Positions 1 through 8,544 of a stretch of 14,763 nt of DNA are shown here, piece by piece. Within the stretch, counting starts at the first letter, position 1. Every line of letters starts with the position of its first letter. The DNA is taken from the NCBI GenBank assembly GCA_041736305.1, contig JBGSTX010000350.1, forward strand, positions 1 to 14,763, read 5' to 3'. Made by a program: the position numbers and the translations under genes. Under the pieces are notes generated by a model that saw only the letters and a list, made by a program, of their open reading frames with translations, was not told where the DNA came from and ran no database searches. Origin of the DNA: Oligoflexus sp. (lineage in GTDB: Bacteria > Bdellovibrionota_B > Oligoflexia > Oligoflexales > Oligoflexaceae).

Positions 1-196
1 TTTACACGTGATGAAGTTTACCTTTAAAGACAATAAAACGGTTGATATTGCTATTTGGGATAATCCTAACAAAGCAGGTACAGTCTTTTTGAAGCGCGGG
101 GAAGACGGATTTTTCCTAGCAGATGCGCAAGTTCTCGACAATTTCAATGAAAAAGTTCAGCCCACCGAAAAAGCCAAAATAGGTGGCGAAGGTTGA
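1..196 (+). CDS. 3' end of a CDS entering from the left edge; hypothetical protein (possibly a DUF4340-like periplasmic domain C-terminus)
   Basis: The frame is open from position 2 (TTA CAC GTG ATG...) to TGA at 194-196. It reads as a beta-rich soluble sequence. The family assignment is a weak impression only. Confidence 0.55.
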   Translation, partial: LHVMKFTFKDNKTVDIAIWDNPNKAGTVFLKRGEDGFFLADAQVLDNFNEKVQPTEKAKIGGEG

Positions 197-205
197 TTCT
201 TTCTA

Positions 206-240
206 GGGACGGCCGCGCGAAGAGTCGGGCGGTCCGTCTC
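206..240. terminator. GC-rich hairpin between convergent genes; possible terminator or 3' stabiliser
   Basis: GGGACGGCCGCGCGA-AGAG-TCGGGCGGTCCGTCTC forms about 14 bp with one bulge and one mismatch. It lies between the stop at 196 and the gpsA stop at 239-241. Neither strand has a U-tract after it. Confidence 0.4.
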
Positions 241-1282
241 AAAGCTTAGGTAAAGACACCTCAGGTTTCATTTCTCGACTCAGGAGATTATGAAGAGCCT
301 CCTTTATAGTCACTCCTCCATAGAGAACTCCATGGACGGCGTGAACAATCGGAGCATCAACCTTGAGTTTTTGAGTTAAAGCATATGCTGCTCGAGTGGT
401 CCAGACACCTTCGGCTACTGAACCTAACGTCGCTAAGACTTCCTCTAGTTTTTCGCCCTTACCTAGACGAAAACCGACCGTATAGTTGCGACTTTTTTCA
501 GAAGTACAGGTCAAGAAGAGGTCACCAACGCCACCGAGGCCGAGAAAGGTCAAGGGATCAGCCCCTAGAGAGGCTCCAATTCGCGTGATCTCGGCAATAC
601 CTCGGGCCAGTAGAGCCGCCTTGGCATTTTGCTGAAATCCTAGACCCGATGCCGCGCCAGACGCTAGCGCGATCACATTCTTCAATGCGCCTGCGACCTC
701 TAGGCCAATCGGATCGAGGGTGGTGTAGACACGAAAGAATGATGAATGGAAAAGTTCCTGCACCCGGGTACCGACTTCTAGGTCTTTGCAGCCGACCGAT
801 ACCGCTGTAGGCTGCTGCTCCGCGACTTCGCTAGCAAAGCTTGGGCCAGAGAGAATGGCTGTTCGTTCGTAGAAACCTTTTCCAAGTTCTTCATCGATGA
901 TGTTGATTGGAAATCTCAGGGTCTCGTTTTCTATGCCTTTGGCGGCACAAATAACGATACAGTCCGGATGTAGTTTATTCCTGAGGGGGCGTAGAACACT
1001 ACGGAGAGACTGGGTCGGAACCGCGATTACCAGATAGCGGGTCGCGGCGAGCTGAAGCTCACTAATATCGGTACAGGCGTATAGATGCGGAGCGAGTTGG
1101 ATATGACTTAGATAGCGAGGGTTTATGTGCTTTTCATTGATTGTTTGAGCAATAGTTTTTGACCTCCCCCACATCTTGACTGAGAAGCCTTTTTGAGCAA
1201 GATGCTGAGCCAAGCAGGTCCCAAAGTTACCTGAACCCAGAATGAGTATTTCCGGGTTAGCTTGTGTAGCGGCGTTTGACAA
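239..1282 (-). CDS. gpsA: NAD(P)H-dependent glycerol-3-phosphate dehydrogenase
   Basis: Motifs GSGNFGT (Rossmann), AKGIE, SGPSFA, GALKNVIA, GVGDLFLTC and SRN. The start is placed at TTG 1282 (LSNAATQ...) because AAAGGGG lies 6 nt upstream and the ORF-track extension to 1360 does not look like GpsA. Confidence 0.95.
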   Translation of the reverse strand: MSNAATQANPEILILGSGNFGTCLAQHLAQKGFSVKMWGRSKTIAQTINEKHINPRYLSHIQLAPHLYACTDISELQLAATRYLVIAVPTQSLRSVLRPLRNKLHPDCIVICAAKGIENETLRFPINIIDEELGKGFYERTAILSGPSFASEVAEQQPTAVSVGCKDLEVGTRVQELFHSSFFRVYTTLDPIGLEVAGALKNVIALASGAASGLGFQQNAKAALLARGIAEITRIGASLGADPLTFLGLGGVGDLFLTCTSEKSRNYTVGFRLGKGEKLEEVLATLGSVAEGVWTTRAAYALTQKLKVDAPIVHAVHGVLYGGVTIKEALHNLLSREMKPEVSLPKL

Positions 1283-1417
1283 ACGAGTCCCCTTTGTTGG
1301 ATTGTGGTTTGTAGATCGCCAGAATCGTGGCAGCCTGTAGAGAGACAGGAGTGTTAGCAATTTTAAGTGTAGGATCCCAGCGAAGCAAGAACTCGCTGAA
1401 AGAGATCCGAACAGGAA

Positions 1418-1678
1418 ATGCTTGTGTTGCTTTTAAGTGGACTCATTTTGATATTTGTCATTCGCCGTAAAACCCTGCTCTCTTTTCAATGGTTACTTCT
1501 CCCTCTTCTATTCCAGACTCTGCTCTTAGCGTATGTTCTTAGTTCTGATTTCTGGTCCATCGCCTGGATTGGAACCAGCTTTATTTTGGCAGTTTGGATT
1601 TTGAGCCGTGAGCTACCACGCCTATGGCGGCAATATCACCTGGTACAGACCTCCCAGATGCGGCAGAGGAGAGGATAG
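1418..1678 (+). CDS. Small membrane protein, divergent NuoK (ND4L)-like
   Basis: 86 aa with three hydrophobic segments. IRRKTLL after TM1 resembles NuoK 'RRNL'. The C-terminal LWRQYHLVQTSQMRQRRG* matches the length and pattern of the NuoK tail (L-Y-R-x4-V...K/R-G*). Neither conserved intramembrane Glu is evident. Confidence 0.6.
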   Translation: MLVLLLSGLILIFVIRRKTLLSFQWLLLPLLFQTLLLAYVLSSDFWSIAWIGTSFILAVWILSRELPRLWRQYHLVQTSQMRQRRG

Positions 1679-1682
1679 ATAT

Positions 1683-1841
1683 ATGTTCCAGGGCGTACTG
1701 CAGATACTAAAGATTTCGGGGGCTATTCTCAGCACCAAAATGAACGGAGCCCCAGAATCCCAGCTCAAATGGCTGTTGACCATCTTTTTCAGCCTATGGG
1801 CCCTCGGTTGCTGGATTGAGGGAGGTCCCATTTTCCCATGA
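1683..1841 (+). CDS. 52-aa single-TM peptide resembling the NuoL C-terminus (end of lateral helix HL plus last TM)
   Basis: Strong RBS GGAGAGGA at 1668-1675, then ATG at 1683, 4 nt after the previous stop. Its TGA overlaps the next ATG (ATGA 1838-1841). The sequence is an amphipathic helix (FQGVLQILKISGAILSTK), then MNG, then a hydrophobic helix. Confidence 0.6.
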   Translation: MFQGVLQILKISGAILSTKMNGAPESQLKWLLTIFFSLWALGCWIEGGPIFP

Positions 1842-2890
1842 CAGACGTTTGGACGATTTCGTATCTAGTGCTTTTTTTGGCTTCATTATTTTACCAGCTG
1901 AGAAGGCAAGGCCTATCCCCAAGCGGCCTTTTTGATTTTTTGGCGTGCCTGCCCCTCGTCGCTTATCTGGTTCGGCCGGAACCCTTTCTCCCACTCCTAG
2001 CTTTTCAGATTCAGGCCCTTAGCCTTGTTGCTTACTGGAGCCGCAAAGCTCATCGAGATCAGGCTGAAAGTCTAAGCAAGTTCAGCTTCAGTATGATCAT
2101 GGGCAATTTTTTGCTTCTGAGTCACTGGATTCTCATGCAGCCAGCTGGAAGCCCCCTGCTTTGGCCTTTTGGAGCCCTCGCAGCCGAGGCGGGTATTTGG
2201 TATGAAGCTTTAGGGGCAGCGCTCGTCGGCGTCGCCCTACTCCTGCTGCTCGGTCTCCCGCCGCTTCAGCAAGGTTGGTTCGATTTATCAGAAACGCAAA
2301 GCTCTACTGAAATTGTGCGAAGCGACTTCCAGCTTCGACTAAGCTTGATCTACGGGCTGTGGGCTTATCTACCTTTTATCTTAGAAACCCTATCTCCTGC
2401 TCTCCTCGAGATTATTGCAACGACAGGAATAATAGCACTCTTTCTCGCGCGTTTGATCTCGAGCGTTCAAATGAGCGTTACACGAACTTTCGCCTACCAG
2501 GCCAGCGCTCTGAGTCTGAGTTTTTGGGTCGTTTTGGGAATGCCTAGCGAACTAGCCGAAAGTCTGCAGCTTCAGGCAATCGGTTTTAGCGCCATCCTCT
2601 TCCTTGGCTGGGGCTTTTCCTTGGTTTCCTTTCAGCGTCGCTCATCAGCAATGAAGCCATCCGTTGTCCATCCCCATTGGGATGATGCGGGTCTTTCGCC
2701 ACATACCTTCCGCAGCTTAAGGCTCATGCAAATAGTCGATCTATCGCAAGCTTTGCTGGCTTTAGCTTTAGCTTGGTTCGCGGCTCGCTACGCAATCTTT
2801 TTTGCAGTGCTAATCTATCTTATAGCCTGTGCCGGCCTTTTTCTTGACCAGGCGGCCTTTCGAGCTCGAAAAAGCCTTTCGAACGAATAA
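1838..2890 (+). CDS. Divergent NuoN/ND2-like (proton-antiporter family) membrane protein
   Basis: Colinear NuoN-like blocks: FQIQALSL~LELxSLxL, QAESLSKF~SxEAxxKY, LLLGLPPLQQGWFDLSE~FKxxxxPFHxWxPDVYE, QLR~xxK and SVQMSVTRTFAYQAS~LxQTNIKRxLAYSS, with conserved spacing. It is shorter (350 aa) than canonical NuoN. Confidence 0.7.
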   Translation: MTDVWTISYLVLFLASLFYQLRRQGLSPSGLFDFLACLPLVAYLVRPEPFLPLLAFQIQALSLVAYWSRKAHRDQAESLSKFSFSMIMGNFLLLSHWILMQPAGSPLLWPFGALAAEAGIWYEALGAALVGVALLLLLGLPPLQQGWFDLSETQSSTEIVRSDFQLRLSLIYGLWAYLPFILETLSPALLEIIATTGIIALFLARLISSVQMSVTRTFAYQASALSLSFWVVLGMPSELAESLQLQAIGFSAILFLGWGFSLVSFQRRSSAMKPSVVHPHWDDAGLSPHTFRSLRLMQIVDLSQALLALALAWFAARYAIFFAVLIYLIACAGLFLDQAAFRARKSLSNE

Positions 2891-2906
2891 AATTTAGAGG
2901 TTTTCC

Positions 2907-3689
2907 ATGTATCCGATCCTGTTTCGCGTGGGAGATTTCATTTTACCGAGCTGGCATGTTTTCTATGTGCTTGCAGGACTGGTGGCTTGGTATCTGCTCC
3001 AAAAGCTGCGGCCTATCTTGTTCCCAGAACTCGAAAGTCCAACTCTGGATACCATTTTTATAGTGAGCTACTTCTTAGGCTACATCGGTGCCCGCTTGTT
3101 TTCCTTGCTTCATGAAGGCGAGTACCTGAGAGCTGATTTTTCCTGGTGGCAGGCGCCTTTTCAATTGGGGAGTATGACCCTCTATGGAGGGGTGATTGCC
3201 GTCAGCGCCTTTGTGGTGATATATGCAAAATTCAAAAAAATGGACCTTCTAGGATTATCAGACCTCTTTATAATTCCAAGTTTGATCGCTATTGGCATCG
3301 GACGGATAGGCTGTTTTCTTAACGGCGATGACTTCGGAGCAGTGGCGAGTCCAGGAGTTCCTTGGCCTTTAGCCATGCCAATTCCCAGCTTAGGGGACGA
3401 TCTATTTCGATATTCAGTACAGATTTGGGAAACTGTCTTCTGCTGGGCCCTGAGCGCCTTTCTCTATACGCGAGTTCGAGAGAAAGTCTACCCTCGTGGT
3501 CGCATCTCGGACATAGGCATCATTTCTTATGCAGCGGGGCGCTTTGTTCTGGAGTTCTTCAGGGGCGATGATCGGGGTACTCTATTCTCGACTTTGCTTT
3601 CGCCGGCCCAATTTTTAGGAATTATTTTTGTTTGCCTGTGGCTTGTTTTTCGCATGGTATCGCAGCGGGTGGTATCGAATCGAGCTTGA
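2907..3689 (+). CDS. lgt: Prolipoprotein diacylglyceryl transferase family protein (atypical)
   Basis: MYPILF N-terminus, IGARL, MTLYGG, IGRIGCFLNGDDFG, QIWE and RFVLEFFRGD. RBS GAGG upstream; 16 nt after the NuoN-like stop. Confidence 0.9.
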   Translation: MYPILFRVGDFILPSWHVFYVLAGLVAWYLLQKLRPILFPELESPTLDTIFIVSYFLGYIGARLFSLLHEGEYLRADFSWWQAPFQLGSMTLYGGVIAVSAFVVIYAKFKKMDLLGLSDLFIIPSLIAIGIGRIGCFLNGDDFGAVASPGVPWPLAMPIPSLGDDLFRYSVQIWETVFCWALSAFLYTRVREKVYPRGRISDIGIISYAAGRFVLEFFRGDDRGTLFSTLLSPAQFLGIIFVCLWLVFRMVSQRVVSNRA

Positions 3690-3810
3690 GCTTGAGTTGC
3701 CATGAATTACCCATAAACAATACTCAGGACTAGATCGCACAAAATAGTTAAACATCGTATGATGCCTGCGGAAGTACGAGCAATCGCTCATTACTCGGAG
3801 GAGAATTTCG

Positions 3811-4971
3811 ATGAAAGCAGTTGTGTATCACAAGCCAGGCGACATGCGCGTCGAAACCGTCGACGACCCAGAGATTGTGCAAGCTACCGATGTCATCATC
3901 AAAGTCACGTCTACAGCTATTTGCGGCTCTGATCTTCATCTTTACAATGGCTTCTTTCCACAGGCTCGAAACATGATCATGGGTCATGAGTTCATGGGAG
4001 TCATCGAAGAGGTGGGATCTCAGGTTAGTATTCTCAATCGCGGTGACCGCATCGTTGTTCCTTTTGTTATTTCATGTGGATCCTGCTGGTTTTGTGAACA
4101 TCAGCTGCCCACTGCCTGCGAGACAACCAACACCAAAAACTATGGCCCGGAAGGCGGGATGATGAGTGAGAAAGGGGGCGGCCTCTTTGGCTTCACCGAT
4201 CTCTATGGTGGCTATTCTGGTGGGCAAGCTGAGTATGTGCGGGTACCTTTCGCAGAAATTGGGACCCGAGCTGTTCCGCCTGACCTTAGTGACGAACAGG
4301 TCCTTTTCCTTAGCGATATTTTGCCGACTGCGTATTCAGGATTGAAATGGGCAGAGCTCAAGGCAGGTGAGACGGTGGCTATATTTGGAGCTGGGCCCGT
4401 TGGCCTCATGGCTCAAAAGCTCGCTGTTCTCATGGGAGCTCATCGTGTGATAGCAATTGATCCAGAACCCTATCGGCTTGAAATGGCTCAGGCTGCTGGA
4501 CTTGCGACCCACGTACTGAATCCTGACAAAGTCGATGTTGTTGAGATGATACGAGAGTACACAAGCGGTCGTGGTGCGGACGTATGTATCGATGCAGTAG
4601 GGATGGAAGCAAAGCGAAGCCTGCTCGAAAAAGCGTCCAACATCATCCACGGTCAAGGCGGAACGCTCAAAGTACTAGAAACGGCCATGAGTGCGGTCCG
4701 GCGAGGCGGGCGTATCTCGGTTATGGGGGTATATGGAAGCAAGTACGATTCTTTCAATATGGCTCAGTTTTTTGACAAAAATATTACGATAAAGGCTGGC
4801 CAGGCCTGGGTCCAGAATCATATTGATGAACTCTTGTCGTTCATAAAAAGTGGTAAAGTCAAACCGGACGATATTATTACTCACAGATTGCCGCTCGAAG
4901 ATGCTCCGCATGCTTATGAAATTTTCAATAAAAAGCAGGACAACTGCGTGAAGGTCGTACTAAAGCCCTAG
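3811..4971 (+). CDS. Zinc-dependent alcohol dehydrogenase / formaldehyde dehydrogenase-like (MDR superfamily)
   Basis: ICGSDLH, GHE, structural Zn motif CGSCWFCx7C, LSDILPT, GAGPVG and DAVGMEA. RBS GGAGGAG at 3797-3803. Confidence 0.93.
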   Translation: MKAVVYHKPGDMRVETVDDPEIVQATDVIIKVTSTAICGSDLHLYNGFFPQARNMIMGHEFMGVIEEVGSQVSILNRGDRIVVPFVISCGSCWFCEHQLPTACETTNTKNYGPEGGMMSEKGGGLFGFTDLYGGYSGGQAEYVRVPFAEIGTRAVPPDLSDEQVLFLSDILPTAYSGLKWAELKAGETVAIFGAGPVGLMAQKLAVLMGAHRVIAIDPEPYRLEMAQAAGLATHVLNPDKVDVVEMIREYTSGRGADVCIDAVGMEAKRSLLEKASNIIHGQGGTLKVLETAMSAVRRGGRISVMGVYGSKYDSFNMAQFFDKNITIKAGQAWVQNHIDELLSFIKSGKVKPDDIITHRLPLEDAPHAYEIFNKKQDNCVKVVLKP

Positions 4972-4981
4972 GTCCGATGAT

Positions 4982-5012
4982 TTTTTCCTCGGGAACAGCG
5001 CCCGAGGAAAAA
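4982..5012. terminator. Perfect 12-bp inverted repeat between convergent dehydrogenase and pyc genes; probable bidirectional terminator or stabiliser
   Basis: TTTTTCCTCGGG (4982-4993), 7-nt loop, CCCGAGGAAAAA (5001-5012). Confidence 0.6.
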
Positions 5013-5020
5013 GTTTCCCA

Positions 5021-8000
5021 TCAGGCGAACTCAATAAGTAGATCGCCTTCCTGAACTAAATCGCCTTTACTCGCATTGATCTGTTTAACTTTGCCTTTTG
5101 CCTTCGCGGCAATCGCATATTCCATTTTCATCGATTCGGTAATCATGAGGACCTGGCCTTTCTCGACGATCTGGCCGTCCGTTACGCGGATTTCAAGGAT
5201 TTTACCAGGCATCGGCGCTCCGATGTGCTGGGTTGAAAGAGGGTCTGCCTTTGGCCGCTTTTTGGTGGGAGCTGCAACGGTTTCATCGATAACTTCCAAA
5301 GTCCTCGGAAAACCGTTGAGCTGAAAGAAGACGCGGCGCACACCGTCACTATCGGGTTCAGTCATCCCGGAATGGCTTATAATAAGGGTCTTCCCGGGTT
5401 CAAGCTCGACTTCTATTTCCCGATTGGCCTGGAGCCCATAGAAGAAAACATCGGTCGGAATGCCTTCGACGTCTCCGAACTCTTTAAGAAAGGATAAATA
5501 CTCTTTGAATACCTTAGGATAGAGGCGAAACGAGAGAACCTGTCGATCGTCAACTTCCTGGCCTTCAAGGATGGCTTTGAGTTCGTTGCGGGCTTTGTCC
5601 AGGCTGTCGTCTGCCGAGACGGGCGGCTTTTCTGGAGCCCCTACATGAGGACCGAGGATAAGTTGTCTAAGCTCTTCGTTAAAGCCCCCGTAGGGTATTC
5701 CCATGTGACCTTTAAAGAAGCTTACGACGGAATCTGGATAATCGAGATGGGGCCGCTTATGCATGAGATCAGGTCCGGTCAAGTTGTGCTTTTGCAGCAA
5801 CAAGGCAAAGTCTCCAACGACCTTTGAAGAAGGGGTTACCTTTACAATGTGACCAAAGAGTTCATTAACTTCTTTGTATCTTTGAGTCAGATCATAAAAT
5901 TCAGCTGCTTTGACCCCAACTTTTTGCGCCTGATCATATAAGTTGCTGTACTGACCACCGGGTATCTCGTGTTCATACACATCGGTGGATGTGGCTTTAA
6001 TACCAGGATCAAACGCTTGGTATTGAGCTCGAACTGTTTCCCAAAAACGGCTCAGTTCGTCGAGGCGATTGAGCGAAATATCAGGGCAAATTGCACTGCC
6101 CTCCAGACTTGCGATCAAAGCATTGACGCTGGGCTGTGAGGTTAGGCCAGACATTGAGCTGACAGCTCCATCGACAATATCGCAGCCTGCTTCGGCGGCA
6201 GCTAGAAGGCTCGCTTCGGAACTGCCCGCACTTGCGTGAGTATGAAGGTGGATGGGCAGACCTATCTCGTTTTTAAGAGCTTCAATTAATACTTTTGCAG
6301 CCCGTGGGCGCAAGAGTCCCGCCATATCTTTGATACAGAGAATGTCAGCTCCCATTTTTTCGAGCTGCTTAGCAATTTTAAGGTAGTATTGAATCGAATA
6401 CTTTTCTTCCTTCGAGTCTAGAATATTCCCGGTATAACATATACAAGCTTCAGCGATGGCCCCTCGCTTCTTGACTTCGTCCATGGCCACAGCCATCTGC
6501 TCTGGATTATTGAGGCAGTCAAAGATCCGGAAGAGGTCCAGACCAGCATCGACGGTAAGTCGGATGAAATCTCGAATGACCCACTCAGGATAGTTGGTGT
6601 ATCCGACAGCATTATCGCCTCGCAGTAGCATTTGCAGGAGGAGATTCGGAATGGCTGATCGCAGGCGGGCCAAGCGCTCCCAGGGGTCTTCTTTCAGAAA
6701 ACGCATCGCTGTATCGAAGGTTGCTCCACCCCAGACTTCTAGTGAGAAAAATCCAGGGGTCTCATGGGAATAGAAAGAGGTAGCCTGGAACATGTCATAG
6801 TTGCGCAATCGAGTCGCGAAGAGCGACTGGTGAGCATCTCGCATAGTCGTATCAGTCACTAGAAGGCGAGGGTGTTCTTTGATCCAGTTTTGTAGCCCAG
6901 CTACACCTTTAGAGTCCAAGATAGCCTTGGCATTCGGCGGAGGGAAGCCGCCTTTGTCTGAAGCCGGTTTGGTCTTGAGCTGATACTGATCGGGAACACG
7001 CGGATTCACTTTGCTAGAGAGTTTGTGCGGATTATTGACCGTTACATCAGCTATAAACTTAAGAAGCTTGGTGGCTCGATCTCGCGGCTGACGAATATCG
7101 AAAACCTCAGGATGCTGGGCAAGAAAGTTGGTATCTATAGTGCCTTTAGAGAACTTGGGATGGGAAACAATATTTAACAAAAGCGGTATGTTGTGTTTGA
7201 CTCCTCGAATCCTAAACTCCTTGAGTGCCCGCACCATTTTCTGTACGGCTCCGAAGAGGTCAATGCTATGCGCAGTGACTTTAACTAAGAGCGAATCATA
7301 GTAGGGAGTTACTATTCCACCTGGAGTGCCGAAGCCTTCATCGAGGCGAATACCAAAGCCTTGGGCGGGCCTATAGGCGAGTATCACTCCAGTATCGGGA
7401 GCAAAGTTTTTTTCGGGATTTTCGGTAGTCACCCGGCATTGAATAGCTACACCATTGACGCGAATGTCTTCTTGTCTTTGGATGCCTATTGCGGGGTGAC
7501 TCATTCCCCGGCCGGCTGGTAGCATGATGGACATTTGCAGAAGGTCCTTGCCCGTGATCATCTCGGTGACGGTATGTTCGACCTGTATGCGGGGATTGAC
7601 CTCTAAGAAATAATGTTTTCCATCTTGGCCCACTAAAAATTCTACGGTACCGACTCCTACATAATTTACCTGTCTGGCGATCGCGACCGCATCGTGCAAA
7701 AGCTGCTTCCTTGTCTCTGCGGAAATACCGAGGGCAGGGGCTAATTCGACAACCTTTTGATGGCGGCGTTGAACCGAGCAATCTCGCTCGAAGAGGTGGA
7801 TGACTTGACCTGTCGCATCACCCGCGACCTGGACCTCGATGTGCTTCGCATTCTGTATGTTTTTCTCAATGTAGATTTCAGCACGACCGAAAGAGCTCAG
7901 AGCTTCGGATTTGGCTCTTTGAAAGGCTTCGACAAGTTCACTTTCAGAAGAGACGGCTCGAATCCCCTTTCCACCTCCACCAGAGAGCGCCTTAAGGGTT

Positions 8001-8491
8001 ATAGGATAACCGATGCCTGCGCAGTACTCTCTAGCCTCTTCAAGCGTTTCCACCTCGGATTCTGTGCCTGGAATGACAGCCACACCAGCCTGTAGAGCAA
8101 CTTTTTTAGCCTCTAGTTTATTGCCAAAAAGATGAAGTATGCGTGCGGAAGGGCCACAAAAAAGAATCCCGTTATCAGCACAAGCCTGAGCGAAATCAGG
8201 ATTTTCTGAGAGAAACCCATAGCCTGGATGAATCATGTCGGCTTTCTTGTCGATGGCCACCTTAATAATATCTTGCCAGTTGAGGTAGGCGCCGAGCGGA
8301 TCACCTTTGGTCCCAACTTTATAGGCCTCATCAGCCTTAAAGCGATGACCTGAGAAACGATCTTCGTGGCTGTAAATAGCGATGGTTTGCATATTGAGTT
8401 CGGTGGCCGCCCGAAAAATGCGAATGGCTATCTCGCCACGATTAGCTACAAGCAGGCGTTTATTGGCGATGACCTTGCTGGTGGTTTCCAT
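5021..8491 (-). CDS. pyc: Pyruvate carboxylase
   Basis: Biotin carboxylase domain (ANRGEIA, HPGYGFLSEN, GGGGKG, RDCSVQRRHQK, EVNPRIQVEH). Carboxyltransferase domain (RDAHQS, WGGATFD, IKDMAG, HLHTH, KVTPSSK). Biotin carrier domain (ESMKME). 1156 aa. Confidence 0.98.
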   Translation of the reverse strand: METTSKVIANKRLLVANRGEIAIRIFRAATELNMQTIAIYSHEDRFSGHRFKADEAYKVGTKGDPLGAYLNWQDIIKVAIDKKADMIHPGYGFLSENPDFAQACADNGILFCGPSARILHLFGNKLEAKKVALQAGVAVIPGTESEVETLEEAREYCAGIGYPITLKALSGGGGKGIRAVSSESELVEAFQRAKSEALSSFGRAEIYIEKNIQNAKHIEVQVAGDATGQVIHLFERDCSVQRRHQKVVELAPALGISAETRKQLLHDAVAIARQVNYVGVGTVEFLVGQDGKHYFLEVNPRIQVEHTVTEMITGKDLLQMSIMLPAGRGMSHPAIGIQRQEDIRVNGVAIQCRVTTENPEKNFAPDTGVILAYRPAQGFGIRLDEGFGTPGGIVTPYYDSLLVKVTAHSIDLFGAVQKMVRALKEFRIRGVKHNIPLLLNIVSHPKFSKGTIDTNFLAQHPEVFDIRQPRDRATKLLKFIADVTVNNPHKLSSKVNPRVPDQYQLKTKPASDKGGFPPPNAKAILDSKGVAGLQNWIKEHPRLLVTDTTMRDAHQSLFATRLRNYDMFQATSFYSHETPGFFSLEVWGGATFDTAMRFLKEDPWERLARLRSAIPNLLLQMLLRGDNAVGYTNYPEWVIRDFIRLTVDAGLDLFRIFDCLNNPEQMAVAMDEVKKRGAIAEACICYTGNILDSKEEKYSIQYYLKIAKQLEKMGADILCIKDMAGLLRPRAAKVLIEALKNEIGLPIHLHTHASAGSSEASLLAAAEAGCDIVDGAVSSMSGLTSQPSVNALIASLEGSAICPDISLNRLDELSRFWETVRAQYQAFDPGIKATSTDVYEHEIPGGQYSNLYDQAQKVGVKAAEFYDLTQRYKEVNELFGHIVKVTPSSKVVGDFALLLQKHNLTGPDLMHKRPHLDYPDSVVSFFKGHMGIPYGGFNEELRQLILGPHVGAPEKPPVSADDSLDKARNELKAILEGQEVDDRQVLSFRLYPKVFKEYLSFLKEFGDVEGIPTDVFFYGLQANREIEVELEPGKTLIISHSGMTEPDSDGVRRVFFQLNGFPRTLEVIDETVAAPTKKRPKADPLSTQHIGAPMPGKILEIRVTDGQIVEKGQVLMITESMKMEYAIAAKAKGKVKQINASKGDLVQEGDLLIEFA

Positions 8492-8544
8492 AGAGCCCTC
8501 ATGTCAAGTCGAAGCTTTTGATCGCATTTTCCTGTACGTTTTCT

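Noticed and set aside
1283-1360. N-terminal extension of gpsA in the ORF track
   Set aside because: It does not resemble GpsA, and an RBS-supported TTG exists at 1282.
1608-1682. GTG start at 1608 for the second small ORF, or a frameshifted fusion with the NuoK-like ORF
   Set aside because: ATG 1683 has a strong RBS, and the NuoK-like ORF ends with a natural-looking RG* terminus, so separate genes are more plausible.
1418-2890. Calling the Nuo-like cluster pseudogenes
   Set aside because: There are no internal stops or frameshifts despite extreme divergence, and RBSs and translational coupling are kept. Decay is not fully excluded without comparative data.
5120-5140. Pyc biotinylation motif ESMKME instead of EAMKME
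   Set aside because: A conservative variant with MKM intact; not noteworthy.
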